Source: Amoebidium appalachense (taxonomy: Eukaryota; Protista; Ichthyosporea). From it: a stretch of DNA of 64,000 bases. Both the position numbers and the translations under genes were made by a program. Where the stretch lies: contig CAVNZM010000009.1 of assembly GCA_963693365.1 (NCBI GenBank), positions 6,071,045 through 6,135,044 on the forward strand. The letters are read 5' to 3'. This document shows positions 50,878 through 64,000 of the stretch, piece by piece (within the stretch, counting starts at the first letter, position 1; the number at the start of each line of letters is the position of its first letter). The notes below the pieces were generated by a model. That model was not told where the DNA came from. It ran no database searches and worked only from the letters and a program-made list of their open reading frames with translations.

Positions 50878-51215
50878 CTGCCGGACAACTGCGGCCGCAT
50901 CCAATGAGCTCGACGACCAGATTCTATAAGCCTATGTAAATCTATCCCAAACAACTACCTAAATATCATATTGCTTTTCTCCCGATCTATCACAAAACCT
51001 ACCTAAATATCATAGATCATATCCCGGAAAATCCCGAAAAATGGACCTAAATATCAAGTTCATCTATCCCTTGGGCCCCTATCTATCCCGAGAAATATCA
51101 TTTTTCTCTCGCTGAAGCCTAAATATCCGGGCTAATATCCGGTGCTAAACTTAGCCCGGCGGGCAGGTATCCATAATATTTCGAAGACTCAGGCCTAAGT
51201 ATCACGTGTGTGCGC

Positions 51216-51314
<99 letters not shown>

Positions 51315-51321
51315 GGTGGGT

Positions 51322-51373
<52 letters not shown>

Positions 51374-51505
51374 TGCATGCATGCATAAAAAGGATATGCA
51401 TATGGATCATATGCACCATTACGTACGTGTGAGTTGTGACAAGTCTGCAGTGCACGTGTGGCCGGCCCCGGCCTCGATTGAGGGCGGGGGGTGGGGGGGG
51501 GGGAA

Positions 51506-51537
<32 letters not shown>

Positions 51538-52039
51538 AGGAATAACTTGTATGCATGCATGAAAAAGAGTATGTGTGCACGAACCAGAAGGCCAAAGGCT
51601 GGGGGAGGGGGGGGGGGGGGGGGGGGGGACTCAAGGCACGGGACGGTCTTGCCACCACAATGAAATTTTATCCTTGCTCACGTCGACTACTTATCTTCTA
51701 CTACATATACATGACTTTTTATCAGCCTGACTTTGCTCTCGTTCACAACTTTGATCTTAGCCTATTTGCTGTGATATCCCTGGCCACAAACATATATAAT
51801 ATATCCCTAAACCCACGGGTTACCTAAATCTATCCTGAGCGCTCGACCGGGATATATCCACCCCCTGTGGATAGATTGGAAATCCCGCCCCTCCCTAAAT
51901 ATCATTTGGAACTATCCCAAAACTGCCTAAATATCCGGATATATCCCATATCCCGAGGACTCCTAAATATCCTGTGGAGATGCGGGATTTTTTGGCTGCC
52001 GGACAACTGCGGCCGCATCCAATGAGCTCGACGACCAGA
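50878..52039. repeat. 44-bp direct repeat enclosing an ATATC-rich degenerate minisatellite
   Basis: ctgccggacaactgcggccgcatccaatgagctcgacgaccaga at 50878-50921 and 51996-52039; recurrent cctaaatatc units lie between. Confidence 0.85.
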
Positions 52040-53065
52040 ATGCTAAACCTATTACCCTTCTCAGATAAGAAAGCGGCCACATGAGAACTTGAAACAGGAA
52101 ACCTGATTGGACTGTAATTCGTAAAGCCGGCTAGGCCCGGTACCGGTGCAAGCCTTCTGCTGCAGCCTGGGCGGCGCCGGCCCGGGAAAGTTATGTTTGT
52201 ACATAAACAGCATTCATGAGCCCAAACAATAACTTATATAGCCCGTTAATCTGAAACTTAAAACATTTTAGTACAAATACTTGGGTTCAAGCTGACCCAA
52301 CCAATTTGCATAGAAAAATACGGTTTCCTTTGCGATTCATCTTCCAGCCATATTCCCGAAGTGATCACGCTCCCTCTCGACTGAAAACAGATCACGCGCA
52401 CACAACACCAGAGAAAGATGGAACTGCTCTAAATAAGGCCTTTGTATTGGCTACAAATCATTTACAACGGCCAAACTGCCATGAGGGCCCACGTGGATTC
52501 GCTGCAATCCCACGCAGAACTGTATTCTGATTGGCTTAGCATTCAGAAAGTCAGCCTTGAAACTTTTTGAAAGCCAGGGAGAAATTGTCCGGTGCACATA
52601 TTTCCGGTTGAAATTAAGATATCCTATCCCATGCCGTTATCTCCTAAATGACTCGAACCATTAATAACTACGGCGTACGCACAGAATAAGCTGAATTTCT
52701 ATGGTATAACAAATAAACATAAGTAATTTTTTTTTTCTGTTTTCTTAATGGCACTAATGGGCTGGAAAACGGGCCGCGGCATGGTGAGTGTAGATGGTAG
52801 GCTAGCGCAAAACTGGAATTGCTATGGTATGTATTGGGATATTAAAAATGAATTCTAAGTACTTTGATAATCGGATATATTTGTTGAACCTGACATCGAA
52901 AGACCATGCAAAAAGCAACAGCACGATCAGGTAACAACCAGTTTTTTTTATTTTTCATGTTGTCTGTTTTCTGAACATCAGCAACACTTGACATTGGCTC
53001 CTTCTTCTTCTTTCTTCCTTTCAGTCTTTATTTCTTCATTTCCCCCTCCATATTCACACACCAAC

Positions 53066-53707
53066 ATGGCTGTTACAAAGGCACCAATTACCCTCGAGCG
53101 CCTCTCTATCAAGATCGAGTGGTTCAAATGCACGCTCTTTGGTGAGGCATCAGTAGCAAACATTGCCTTCCAGAAGAATGTTATCGTGCGCTACTCTCTA
53201 GACCAGTGGGACACGTGGGTGGACGTTCCCGCCTCATACAGGCGCCCATACACTCCCTCCGCCGAGGAGGATCCCAACACTTCTCGTGATGTTTTCTCCT
53301 TTGAGGCTGTGATTCCACACTCAGATCTGCCGCAAGGTGAACATGAGTGCTACGTCGAGTTTTGTCTCGTGTATGAAACTGCCGGGCAGACCTTCACAGA
53401 CAACAACGGAGGCAAGAACTACTGCTACAAGCTTGCCATGCTCAAGGGCACACCATGGGCTCCAGCACAGGTGAGCGTTTGGTACATCTCTCATACCTCT
53501 AGATCTTGCAGCGTACAAACTGACGGGGAAGGAGCTGCGGGTTGGGGGTTTGGAAGGGTAACGTAGTATAGGGGGGTAGTTATCGAGGGCGCTTGATTCT
53601 TTCAAGGTAGCTTGTGGTTAAGCAGCTGTAAAAATGATGTTTACGTGTTTCCGTGTGCTTATGCTGTGGGGGGGTGGGGTGGTGGTGGTGGTGGTGGTGG
53701 TGGTGGT

Positions 53708-53751
<44 letters not shown>

Positions 53752-54095
53752 GTTTGGTGAGGGGGGGACGGGGAGGGGGGGGGAGGTGGAGGGAGGTAGA
53801 GTGAGTGGGGAGCGGGAAGAGGCCCTTTAGAGGCGGTGGCTGGTTGGAGTAGGTCAGCCTGAAGTGTTTTTATACACCTCCCCGCCCTGCCTGGGCCCCC
53901 TCACCTACCCACCCACCTCACATACCCACACTCTCATACAAATATTTGCTTCTTAGGCTACCAAACCATTTGGTTTATCAGTATGCGCCCCTCCCTCTCT
54001 CTCTCTCTCCCCCCCCCCCCCCCCTCCCCTCCCTCCCTCCTTCCCCTTATGTGCGTGTAGTGCGCGAGGACACCACACCCTGATGTCCCCTCCCC

Positions 54096-54126
<31 letters not shown>

Positions 54127-54304
54127 CCTCCTCTCCCACGCCCCTCCCCCCCCCCCCCCCTCCCCTCTCTTCCCTCCCTCTCTTCTCCCCTTTCCGGGGA
54201 TGGGCTCTGCGTACGATGCATACGCCTTTGTGTATCTTTGAAAAATCTTCTTTCTGTTGTCAGCTCATGAATGTGTACCTGGTATCATATAACACATTCT
54301 AATC

Positions 54305-54335
<31 letters not shown>

Positions 54336-55267
54336 AAAAACACACACCCACATTTCAACCCCCCCCCCCCCCCAAAAAAAAAAAAATAAAAAAATAAAAA
54401 TAAAAATACACGCACACACAACTAGCTCGCACAACTACCTTCCTCCCGCCCCACCCCCCACGCCCCATCCACACACATACCATACCCCCCCCCCCCCCCC
54501 CCAACACACACACACACACACACACACGTACACAGGTGAGCATGCTCACCATGACGCCATCCACACGCGAGGTTTACGGCACCATCCGCGTTCACAAGAA
54601 GATGGCCTTCAACGAAAAGGTCGTGGTCCGATTCACGCGCAACAACTGGATGAATTATGTCGACATTCCAGCAGATCTCTTCTTTAATGGCTTCGATCGC
54701 GCATACTACAGCTTCAAGTTCAACAGCACCACCGACGCCGCCGCCGACGTTCCAATCGCGGACAATTTCGAGGAATTTAGGTATCAGCGCAGACGGTCGA
54801 CCTCGTACCGGCAGTTTCCGGCCGATTTCTACGACGATCTCACGGCGGCAGCCGATTCGATAGACGATCCGGAGAAGGTGAAGGAGAAGGACACGACCGA
54901 TTACCACGATTTCGCTTTCAAGTACGCCGATCTCGACGAAGAGCTTGAGTTGGCGCTCGCAAACGACACTCTTAGGGAAGAATTGAGGAAGGGGTTCAAG
55001 CACGAGAGCGCAGCCGCCGCTCAGCAAAAAGCCGAGAAATTTGCACAAGAAGCTGCGGACGAAAGCGCGAGGGTGAACATGATTGGTTTTGCGCTGTGTT
55101 ACTATGCAGATGATAGGGAGCATTGGGATAACAACGACGGGAAAAACTATGGGTATACGGAGGAGCCGGAGAAGCCGGCGAAGAAGGTCAGGCCGGCGGT
55201 GGAGAAGGAGGAAGAGAAGGAGAAGGTTGGTGAGGAGGGGGTCGTGGCGAACGCGGTGGCTGCGTAG
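53066..55267 (+). CDS. Protein with two CBM21 (glycogen/starch-binding) domains
   Basis: Exons 53066-53470 and 54536-55267. Both carry CBM21 signatures: VANIAFQKNVIVRYSLDQW...EFCLVY...DNNGGKNY, and GTIRVHKKMAFNEKVVVRFTRNNW...FALCY...WDNNDGKNY. Confidence 0.87.
54194..54303 (+). mobile_element. Diverged relative of the short interspersed family
   Basis: Starts ggatgggctctgc (reverse complement of gcagagcccatcc) and ends cattctaat + poly-C, with similar spacing. Confidence 0.55.
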
Positions 55268-56129
55268 ATGTAAAAAAAAGAGAAAAAAAAGAAAATGTTT
55301 TGTAAAAAACGTGCATGTTTTGTTTGGGTGTGTTGTGTAGTTTGTGGGTGTAGTTCGTGTGTGTTGTTTGAGTGTGATGCCTTTTTCATTGCGGGGGGTG
55401 TGATTATGGGTGTGGGTGTGTGTTTATGCGTTTGTGTTGTGTGTACAGGGATCTAGGCATAACCACATGCATAACTAGAGTATTTAAACGGTCATATGTG
55501 ACGGTAAACTGTTACTATAATGTGTTATACGTGCCAACAACACACACCTTTGCTCTATAGAAGACTTCTTTCGTTCCATGTGACACCGACTTGCAAGCAT
55601 TTATCAAATCAAACATCACTAACCATGAAAAAAAGTCTTATAACCCCGTAACTTGGACCAGTGTTCTCTGTTGTAATTAAATGGTAAAGAGGAGGGGCAG
55701 GGCATTATATGTATCTTAGATTTTATCTTGTTACCATGTACCAATATAGGCATTTTTGACTAAACCAACCATCCATTTCTTTTATATCGCTTGGCCCAGC
55801 CAGGAACTTACATTTTAGTTATTTTTTTATACCTTGCAATCCATTGGATCCATATCACACATTACCATCTATCTAGATAATGTACCAATTTTCGAAGGTC
55901 CCTTATGGTGCTCTGCCCGGTGCAACACTATGACAACTTTAAAGCCCCCACCCTTTCTGGGTGTCCTCGAACACTCAAATCTCCTGTGTCTTTGCCATAT
56001 TTGGCTCGTGTTTCTTTGTTTTGATTGGTTACATGTATGCCTGTTGGCTGATACAATATACCCCCTACAGCCAGGCCCACAGTGCGAGACTCAGTAGAGT
56101 GCGCTTGGACTGGAGCCAGCTGCAACCCC

Positions 56130-56169
<40 letters not shown>

Positions 56170-56528
56170 ACCCCAAACCCAACCGCCGCGCCACCTTACC
56201 ATACACATGCACACGACATATGCATGCACACACACGTTCACATGTATACACACACAAACACATGCACTCAGACACAGACACACACACACACACATACACA
56301 CACACACACACACACAAACGCAGACACACACGCACAGATACACAAACACACACACACACACAGATACACAAACACACGCGCACACATGACGCGCACATTT
56401 TTTAAAAGTTTTTATTTTTATTTTTTATGATCGAACCAGAATCTAGGGTAAATAAGTAGACTCTGACACCACATTCATTGTTACCTCTTTGCTATAGAAA
56501 GGCCTTTATATAGTTTAGCATCCCTCCC

Positions 56529-56575
<47 letters not shown>

Positions 56576-57145
56576 ACACCTCCCCCACCCCCCACCCCCC
56601 ACCCACCCACCCACTCCCCACTCCCCACCACCACTGCATATCTCGCAGTATTGCAGTTGCAGTGTCTGTACACGCAACACAGTGAAAATTTCATGTTCAA
56701 CGCTTTTTGACTTCAAATTTTTTTTTTACTTTTCGATTACATATGTATGGTTGCTGTTTTATATTCCTTTTTTTTGATTTTTTTATAAAAAACTTTTTTC
56801 TTGCGCGTCAAAACTTCCCGCCCAAATTTCCACATTTGGCTATTCAGTCAGCTATCTATTCATTAAATATGCATGCATGAGATATACTGGCCCGTGTAAA
56901 TACAAATATATCCCACGAAGGTTATCAAAATTGTGACACGGCGGCTGGTCCGACCCATTCATTGACTCCCAGCTCTTCGCTGAGTCAGATATTTTTTTTT
57001 GCTCGAATCAAATCACTGACAGTTCACATTGACGTCATGGAGCAATATCATGATCAGGAGCCTCCGAGGCCCCCCTCCCCCCTCCCCCCGGGCCCCTCCC
57101 AACCCAACCCAACCCACCCACCCACCCTGGCCCCACGACCCCCCT

Positions 57146-57179
<34 letters not shown>

Positions 57180-57869
57180 ACATACCATGCATCTCATGCA
57201 CACACACACCTCCCACCCCATTCTACATGTACACCGCTTTCATTCCTCCTGCCCGTCCACCCACACGTGAACGCACACCGTGGCAGATAATCATCCCGTA
57301 CCGGTGGCCACATGGGCACACATGTACACACACGAAAAAAACAAAACAAAAAACAAACAGACACGTACTGAAATAGTGCAAAGACGCGCGCACACTCCAA
57401 CTCTATATGCATCATTATGATAGGAGCATTAGAGGCATCAACACGTCCACGCCCACACCCATTCTCTCCTCTCAGCTCAGGAAGAAGGGGGGTCTGGTAC
57501 CAGCTGCAGGTCGGGGAGTACAACCCGGACCGGGGAGGTGGGGGAGTGGCCATGGGGAAGCGGAGGTGGGTGGGGGGGGGTCCGCTGCTGCAAACAACTA
57601 TAGCTATGAACATATTTTTCATTGCTGCTTTATATATGAGGGAATGCCTAAAAAAGGAGATCACCACATGTAGGCAAAGCATCCAGTACTACCCGTACCG
57701 TGTACAGTCATCATCGATGCATCTCGAGCTCTTCGTTAAACTTCCTGCTGACGTCATATCGATGTCACGCAGTTGGTTGCAATCTGCCACACGGAAACAC
57801 ATTTTGTGTTACGGTTGGTTTATAGATCGAATTGGTTTCGATCAGCCCCCCCCCCCCCCCCCCCCCCCC

Positions 57870-57911
<42 letters not shown>

Positions 57912-58355
57912 AAGAAAAATCATCACAGTATCTAGATGTGAGATCTACATCTCGAGATTTAACTTCATAACTTGTTCGGTGCAAGCACTGTTTGGCTAGC
58001 ACAGGCACATCATTACTACATAATCAGCAGTACAGATTGTACCCCCCCCCCCCCATCGACCTCCTCCCACCCCAGCCGTCCAGCCTCACCCCCCCCCCAA
58101 CTACCTACAATCACATTAAGTCATTCGACGAAAAGTTGTTCCCCATCAACCCACATATGCCTAACTTACACTAAAGAACAGCAACATTTCTATCCCGAAA
58201 CAGAACCCCATTAAAACCAGGTGCTAACCCGATATACATTCCATAAAATGAAAAAAAAAAACAAAAAAAAAAACCATAAGAACATTTCTATACATGATGA
58301 AAGCCACATCTCCATATATATGTTAACTATACGGCCATATCTCCATAGAAGGCAA

Positions 58356-59361
58356 TCATTCGCGCCATTGGTTCTTGCACTGGTGGTTTGCGCAACGGTA
58401 GAAGATGGTGGAAGGTTCGTCGGCAGACCGCGTCTGCACCTGCATGTAGTAGGCACGGGTGTGCCCGCACTTGGGGCAGTCGGCTGTGTTTTTTTAATTT
58501 TTTTTTTTAATTTTTTTAATTTTTTTTTGGGGGGGGGGGGGGGAGGGGGAAGGGAAAAAAAGATGTGTGGGGGGGGGGGGGGGGGGGGGGTAGGAGGAGG
58601 AGGAGAAGGGGAAGGGACCGGGGGGAGAGGAAAGAGGGGAGGGGGGGGCGGAGGGGGGGGGGGGGGAGGGGGGATGTGAGCGTGTGTGCATGTGAAGGCG
58701 GACGACTTTCCTCATGGATATGTGTGTGCCTTGCGGATGTCTCTGTCGCTCTACCTCCTTCCCTCTTATTCTTCCTCTCCCTCCCACCCTCCATTTCCCT
58801 CTCTCTGCCCCTCCCCCCTCCCCCCCCCCCTCCCCCCCTCTCCCCCCCCCCCCCCCCCTCCCTCCCTCCCTCCCACTCTTTCTACTTGGTATATCCGTGT
58901 GTGGACATGGTTGTACATGCACATCCGCGGGCAGCATGCCGCGAGAGGAATCTGTTTCGGAAGGGGTTTTTAAAACAACAGAAAACGCAGCCACAGAGGG
59001 GAAGGAAAAGGAAAACACCCGATTGTTCTTCCACCCAAAAGGGCGGCAAAGAAGAGGCGATGAAGTAGGGACGAGGGGGTGAATGGGGGAAGGGAGTGAG
59101 GTTGGGAGGGAGCGAGGGGAGGAGGTTGGGAGAGGGGGAGGGGGAACAGAGGGAGAGACGGGGAGTGGGGGGAGGGGAAACGGGGGGGGGGGGGGGGGGG
59201 GGGGGGGGAGGGAGGGGGAGCTGTCTTACCGTCTATGCAGTCGACGTTTTCCCAGGCATCCTCCCCACCCAACACGTCGTCTATCTCCTTCATCTTCATG
59301 TATTTGCGCGCAGATATCTGTATTGGATGGAGTGAGAATACAGTGGTATCCCCAATGGATC

Positions 59362-59392
<31 letters not shown>

Positions 59393-59600
59393 AAAAAAAA
59401 AGGAGAAGAAAAGAAAAAGAAAAAAAAAGGGTGGGAAAAAAAAAAAAAAAAAAGGAGGGAAAAAAAAAAAAAAAAAAAAAAGTAAAAAACCAAGAAAGAG
59501 CGAAGAACGGAACACACGACGGAAAAAGGAAGAAAGAAAAAACGGCCTTGCCATACAGCATTAAGGATGACGGGAAACTCCCAACCTTATATCCTCCCCC

Positions 59601-59638
<38 letters not shown>

Positions 59639-60118
59639 CCCCTCCCTCTCCCGTGCGCCCATATACACCGACAATCACACAGACACTCCTAATACCCCCG
59701 AGCGTAAACCAGAAACACCTCCCGTGGTCACCCCCGAAGTTGAACGTCACACTTTCCATTTCTCTCCCTGCCTTCTTCCCCCCCTCCCAAAAACCCTGGA
59801 GCAAATCAACCCCCCCCCCCACCCCCCACCCCAGGGGATTCGGCCCCAGGGGATTCGGGGTGCCCATTCTATGGTACCATACTTGTGGCCGAACCAAATT
59901 ATCAGCACGTTAAGTATTGAGAGGGGTGGAGTCTGAGTGTGTGCACAATCACGTGTGCATACACATGTGTGGGTGTGTCTGTTTGACCACTGTAAGTGCT
60001 GCCCTAAAGGTGTGCATTTGCGTGTTAGCATCACTGTGTAAAAAGAAAGCAAGCTTACATTGAGACTGTGAGAGTGTGGGGAGGAAACGTTGTGGGTGGA
60101 AGAGTAAGGGCAGAGGGG

Positions 60119-60150
<32 letters not shown>

Positions 60151-60451
60151 AGGGGGAGAGGGGAGAAAGAGAGAGGGGAACCGGGGGAATCGGGGGTCGG
60201 GGGGAGAAACGGAGAGATATAGGAAAGGTGTGCGTGTAAGTGTGTGGTGTTTGTAAGTTTCTGGTGGTTTTGGTTGTGTGTGGGGAGCGGTGGGCGGGTG
60301 GGTGGGTGGGGGGGGAGGGGGGGGGAGGGGGCGGCCCTACCGTTTTTGAGATCTTGTGAATGTAGGGGCACGTCTGGCACTGAAAGGCAAGAGACCCGCC
60401 CTCGTTCTCAGCCATCAATACGTTGGCACACAGCGGGCAGAAGAGCAACAT
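58356..60451 (-). CDS. POLR3K: DNA-directed RNA polymerase III subunit C11 (RPC10/RPC11), 108 aa
   Basis: Exons 60451-60341, 59317-59230 and 58483-58356 (327 nt, in frame). MLLFCPLCANVL...CQTCPY, KEIDDVLGGEDAWENVD, and the TFIIS-like ribbon CPKCGH..AYYMQVQTRSADEP..IFYRC. Confidence 0.96.
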
Positions 60452-61522
60452 GGTGGCGGATGAAGGGTAAGTTGTCTGCTTGTGGGAGACAAGCCAGAAG
60501 TTCTAATTGATCAATTGTTTGTATGTTTTACGTTCCTTGGGCGAGGAAGAAAACGATGGGTTTTTGCCCTGGAAAACGAGAAGAGTTGCAAAGCAGAGAA
60601 TAGAAGTTTGGTAACGCTTTTTTGTGCCAGGCGCGTTGGCAAAAGAATGGAGGAATTGTGAAAGCACACGTGTACAAGCACGCGTACGTTAAGGAAAGAG
60701 ACGGCTGGAGTGCGTGCGTACGTGCGCGTGTAAGCTTGCGTTAAAGGTCGCTAAAAAACAAGGAGTTATTAATTTGTTACGATTCAGGACGCTATGGCAC
60801 GCCAATTGGGCATAACCGACACAAGTGGGCATAACCGACACAAGAACATGCCCTCTCTGCACCCCTCTGCTCTACTGCTCTAGACTGACTCAGAGTTGCT
60901 TGTGCCAGTCCAGCAAGTGCATCGTCTCAATAGTAGTCTGCATACACAGTGACGTAATAGCTTATTCAACAGCACAGATAAAGAATGGTGAATCTTGTTC
61001 TAAAAGGATACATTAACGACTAATCCCCTTGGCGCTTGTCGTACCCGGTCCAGCGGTGCAGTTGTGTTGTGTTGTGTTTGTGTTTGTTGATGTATATTTT
61101 TGAGTAGTTGAATTTTCAAATCGTACCGTTTTCCCATCGCGCTTTGTACGCACATTAAGAACGCTATTTCGGCTGAGTTACCTGCCATCACAGCGTCAAA
61201 TAGCTTCATCTGTAGCCAATTAGAGAGAGATCCGGGCAAAACACACATCTCACCTGTGAGGTTTTGGATTATGGGCCCGTTTATAAGCACATTTCAAACA
61301 TCAAACCTCACGTTGAGCAGGGAAAGGCAGCAAATACGCATGCCACTCGTACGTCGCTAGACACCGTTGTGACCACATCCCTCTCTCAAGGGATCCCACC
61401 CATTAAGGACCTACACACCCCCACCTGGCGATCTCGAACAATTCACACCTCAAATCACCCCATAAAAAAAAAAAAACATTCACGCGCATCACCCGCCACC
61501 ATCACATCCCCAATTACCAACC

Positions 61523-61777
61523 ATGTTACGCTGCATCTTCTTCAGTGAGTTCCATCACACCACAGGGCCCATGTTGAGCTTCTGTGTGCCTCAGAACCTG
61601 CAACTCCTGGAGGCATACGAGTACCTGAACGAGTACATCATCACAAAGCCGCAACTGTGCCACTCACTAATAACTGTGTAGGTGATGTTTTGTGGAGTGG
61701 GATGGAGGGGAGGAGGGACATGTGGCGAAGTAAAAGGAGCGGGCATGGGGAGGAGGGGAAGGCAGGGGCCGGGGAAA

Positions 61778-61809
<32 letters not shown>

Positions 61810-62276
61810 GGGGGAAAAGAGGGGGGAGGAGGGGGGGGGGGGGGGAGGGGGGAGAGGAAGGGGAAGTGAGGGAAGTCCTTTTTTTTTTTTTTTTTTTTTT
61901 TTAATTTTAAAATGAGAGAGGCGGGTAGAGGGTGCTAAACCAGGTTTGTGTAGAGAGAGCTGTCTCAGGACGAGGGGCATGGGGGGAAGGCGGGGAGGTG
62001 GAGATGCGAGCCGGGAAGGCGGAGGCGAGGGGTGGGGAAAGGCAGGACTGGGCAAAGCGTAAGGGGGAAGGGTGCACCAAAACGAGGAGTGGGGTGGGGG
62101 AGGGAAGGGGCCTGGGAGGGGGGGGGAGGGAGAGAGGGAGGGAGGGACGGGGGGGGGGGGGGGGGAGAGAGGGAGGGAGCGAGCGAGCGAGGGAGGGAGG
62201 GAGGGAGGGAGAGGGTTGGGAGGGGAGGGAGAGAGAGAGAGAGAGATAGAAAGAGACAGCGAGAGAGTAAGGGCGA

Positions 62277-62307
<31 letters not shown>

Positions 62308-62355
62308 AAAGGGAGGAATTGTTCAGCGGGGAGGGGGGGGAGGGATATATATATA

Positions 62356-62402
<47 letters not shown>

Positions 62403-62949
62403 TGTGTGTGTGTACGAGGTTTTTTGGGGGGGAAAGGGGGGGATAGATAGACCAAGGGCACCCTGTGATATACTTGCTTCACCTTGCACCCTCTCTACGC
62501 CTAATTGTTTACCCATGAAGAGTATATCTGTGTTACTTGCGTACACGTTCCTTACAAAGAAAGCTAGTATTATTTTATTATTTTTATTTTTTATTATTAT
62601 TATTGGACGGGTATGAATGAGCTGGGGAAGAGGGTGCTTGGGTCTGGTTGGGTGGGTGGGTGGGCGGCAGCCCGGAGGGGGAGGAGGGGAGGGGGGGGGG
62701 GAGGGGGGGGGGGGGGGGGGAGGGGTTTGTGAGTGTATGGAAAGGAAGTGGAAAGAAATAGGTCACACAAGGACTTGTGCGGTAGTTTAGGTGGTGAGAC
62801 CGAAAAAAATTACCTCCTGAGGCAAGGGGTGGGGGCGTGGAAGCGATAGCGGAAGAAGGTGTGCATGTGTTTGTGCCTGTGTATGTGTGTGGGGGGGGAG
62901 GGGGGGGGGTCCGGGGGGTGGGGGGGAAAGGATGAGGGGAGGGTTGTGT

Positions 62950-63005
<56 letters not shown>

Positions 63006-63385
63006 GTGTGAGTGTGTGTCCGTGTGGGGGGATGGGTGATGGGGGATGGGCGAGGGGGGAGGGTAGAGGGAGGTTAATCTTATGGTATTTGGTTGCGCGT
63101 GTGGATATTATGATATAGGAGATCAAGAGGTGTAATGAATTCGATGTGGTTTGCGGTTTGCGGGATGACTCGCGTACACACGTGTGTGAAGATATGCTTT
63201 TCGGTTCATGTATTTTTTTCTTGCAATTTTCCTGTATCTATCCTCTGCGTTTATCCTGATTTATCCTGCAAAACCTTCTCCTCTCAACCTTTGGCACAGT
63301 TGTCTTTTGGTGTGGATATGTCGGCGGCGGTCTAACAAGCAGCATGCATGTTCTGCAAACACATGCGTGCTCATTGTACACATAG

Positions 63386-63473
<88 letters not shown>

Positions 63474-63642
63474 CACGGTCAAGGACCTACAAGTGATGGG
63501 TTTCCCCGTAGTTTTGGAGCACAAAAAGTACGAACGAAACAAGTTGCTGTTCAACTTGGGGTTTGCCTTTGACGTGGGCACAGACACAGCTCCCTATGAG
63601 CCCGTGTGCAGAAAACTGGCAAAGTATCTGAGGGAGCTGGAG
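61523..63642 (+). CDS. NPRL2: GATOR1 subunit NPRL2/Npr2, first two exons (continues beyond window; not in ORF track)
   Basis: Exon 61523-61677 encodes MLRCIFFSEFHHTTGP...YIITKPQLCHSLITV. Exon 63474-63642 encodes ...MGFPVVLEHKKYERNKLLFNLGF...EPVCRKLAKYLRELE. Phases match and the peptide closely resembles the NPRL2 longin domain as I recall it. Confidence 0.93.
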
Positions 63643-63869
63643 GTAAGTCAGAATACATTCCCCCCCCCCCCCCCCCCCCAAAAAAAAAAAAAAAAAAAAG
63701 AAAGGAAAGAATCCCCCCTCCCCCCGCCCCCGGCCCGAGTCCCAAGAAGGAAAGAAAGCCCCTCCCCCCTCCCCCCTCCCCCCTCCCCCCCCCCCCCCCC
63801 TCCCGCCCCCTCACCCCCCCAAAAAAAAATGCACACATACGTGCACGCGCACGCGCGCGTGCGCGCGCG

Positions 63870-63910
<41 letters not shown>

Positions 63911-64000
63911 GGGAGGGGCAGAAAAGTACTGTTGATTCTTCTCTCCAAAATCCCCCCTCCTCCCTTCCGTCCCCCTCCCCCCCCCCCCCCCCCCCCCCCC

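Noticed and set aside
57417-57935. 172-aa ORF downstream of POLR3K
   Set aside because: No recognisable motif, and it ends in homopolymer-derived residues; possible small exons could not be linked into a gene.
60808-60845. Tandem gggcataaccgacacaag x2 (and cgattcagtcgcacacat x2 at ~15344)
   Set aside because: Simple two-copy duplications; no evidence for a regulatory role from sequence alone.
61000-61290. 96-aa minus-strand ORF with a faint ankyrin-like stretch (LFDAVMAGNSAEIAFL)
   Set aside because: Single weak motif, no ATG start and no splice support; it lies in the POLR3K/NPRL2 divergent promoter region.

Overview
Eukaryotic, intron-rich DNA. A receptor tyrosine kinase and an animal-like ArgRS N-terminus point to a holozoan, probably unicellular (inference). 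Introns and spacers are saturated with poly-C/poly-G, (CA)n/(GT)n and (CT)n/(GA)n tracts, so almost all ORFs in the supplied track are spurious. By hand-splicing GT-AG exons I recover: a 15-exon cytosolic arginyl-tRNA synthetase (-), a near full-length frameshifted LINE (ORF1 + APE-RT, poly-A tail), a PQ-loop/PQLC2-like lysosomal transporter (+), a frameshifted RTK with a beta-helix-repeat ectodomain (+), a single-ORF GT-like membrane protein (-), a tandem-CBM21 protein (+), the RNA Pol III subunit C11 (-) and the first two exons of NPRL2 (+). The most unusual signals are non-coding. (i) Splice junctions are repeatedly copied in tandem into the adjacent intron ('junction echoes', at least 7 cases in 3 genes). 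(ii) A short interspersed family has one fixed end always abutting a C/G homopolymer and one variably truncated end. (iii) A tandem array has a module bounded by poly-C...poly-G that alternates orientation. (iv) An inverted duplication brackets a 58-nt ArgRS exon. Homopolymer lengths and single-base frameshifts may partly be assembly error.
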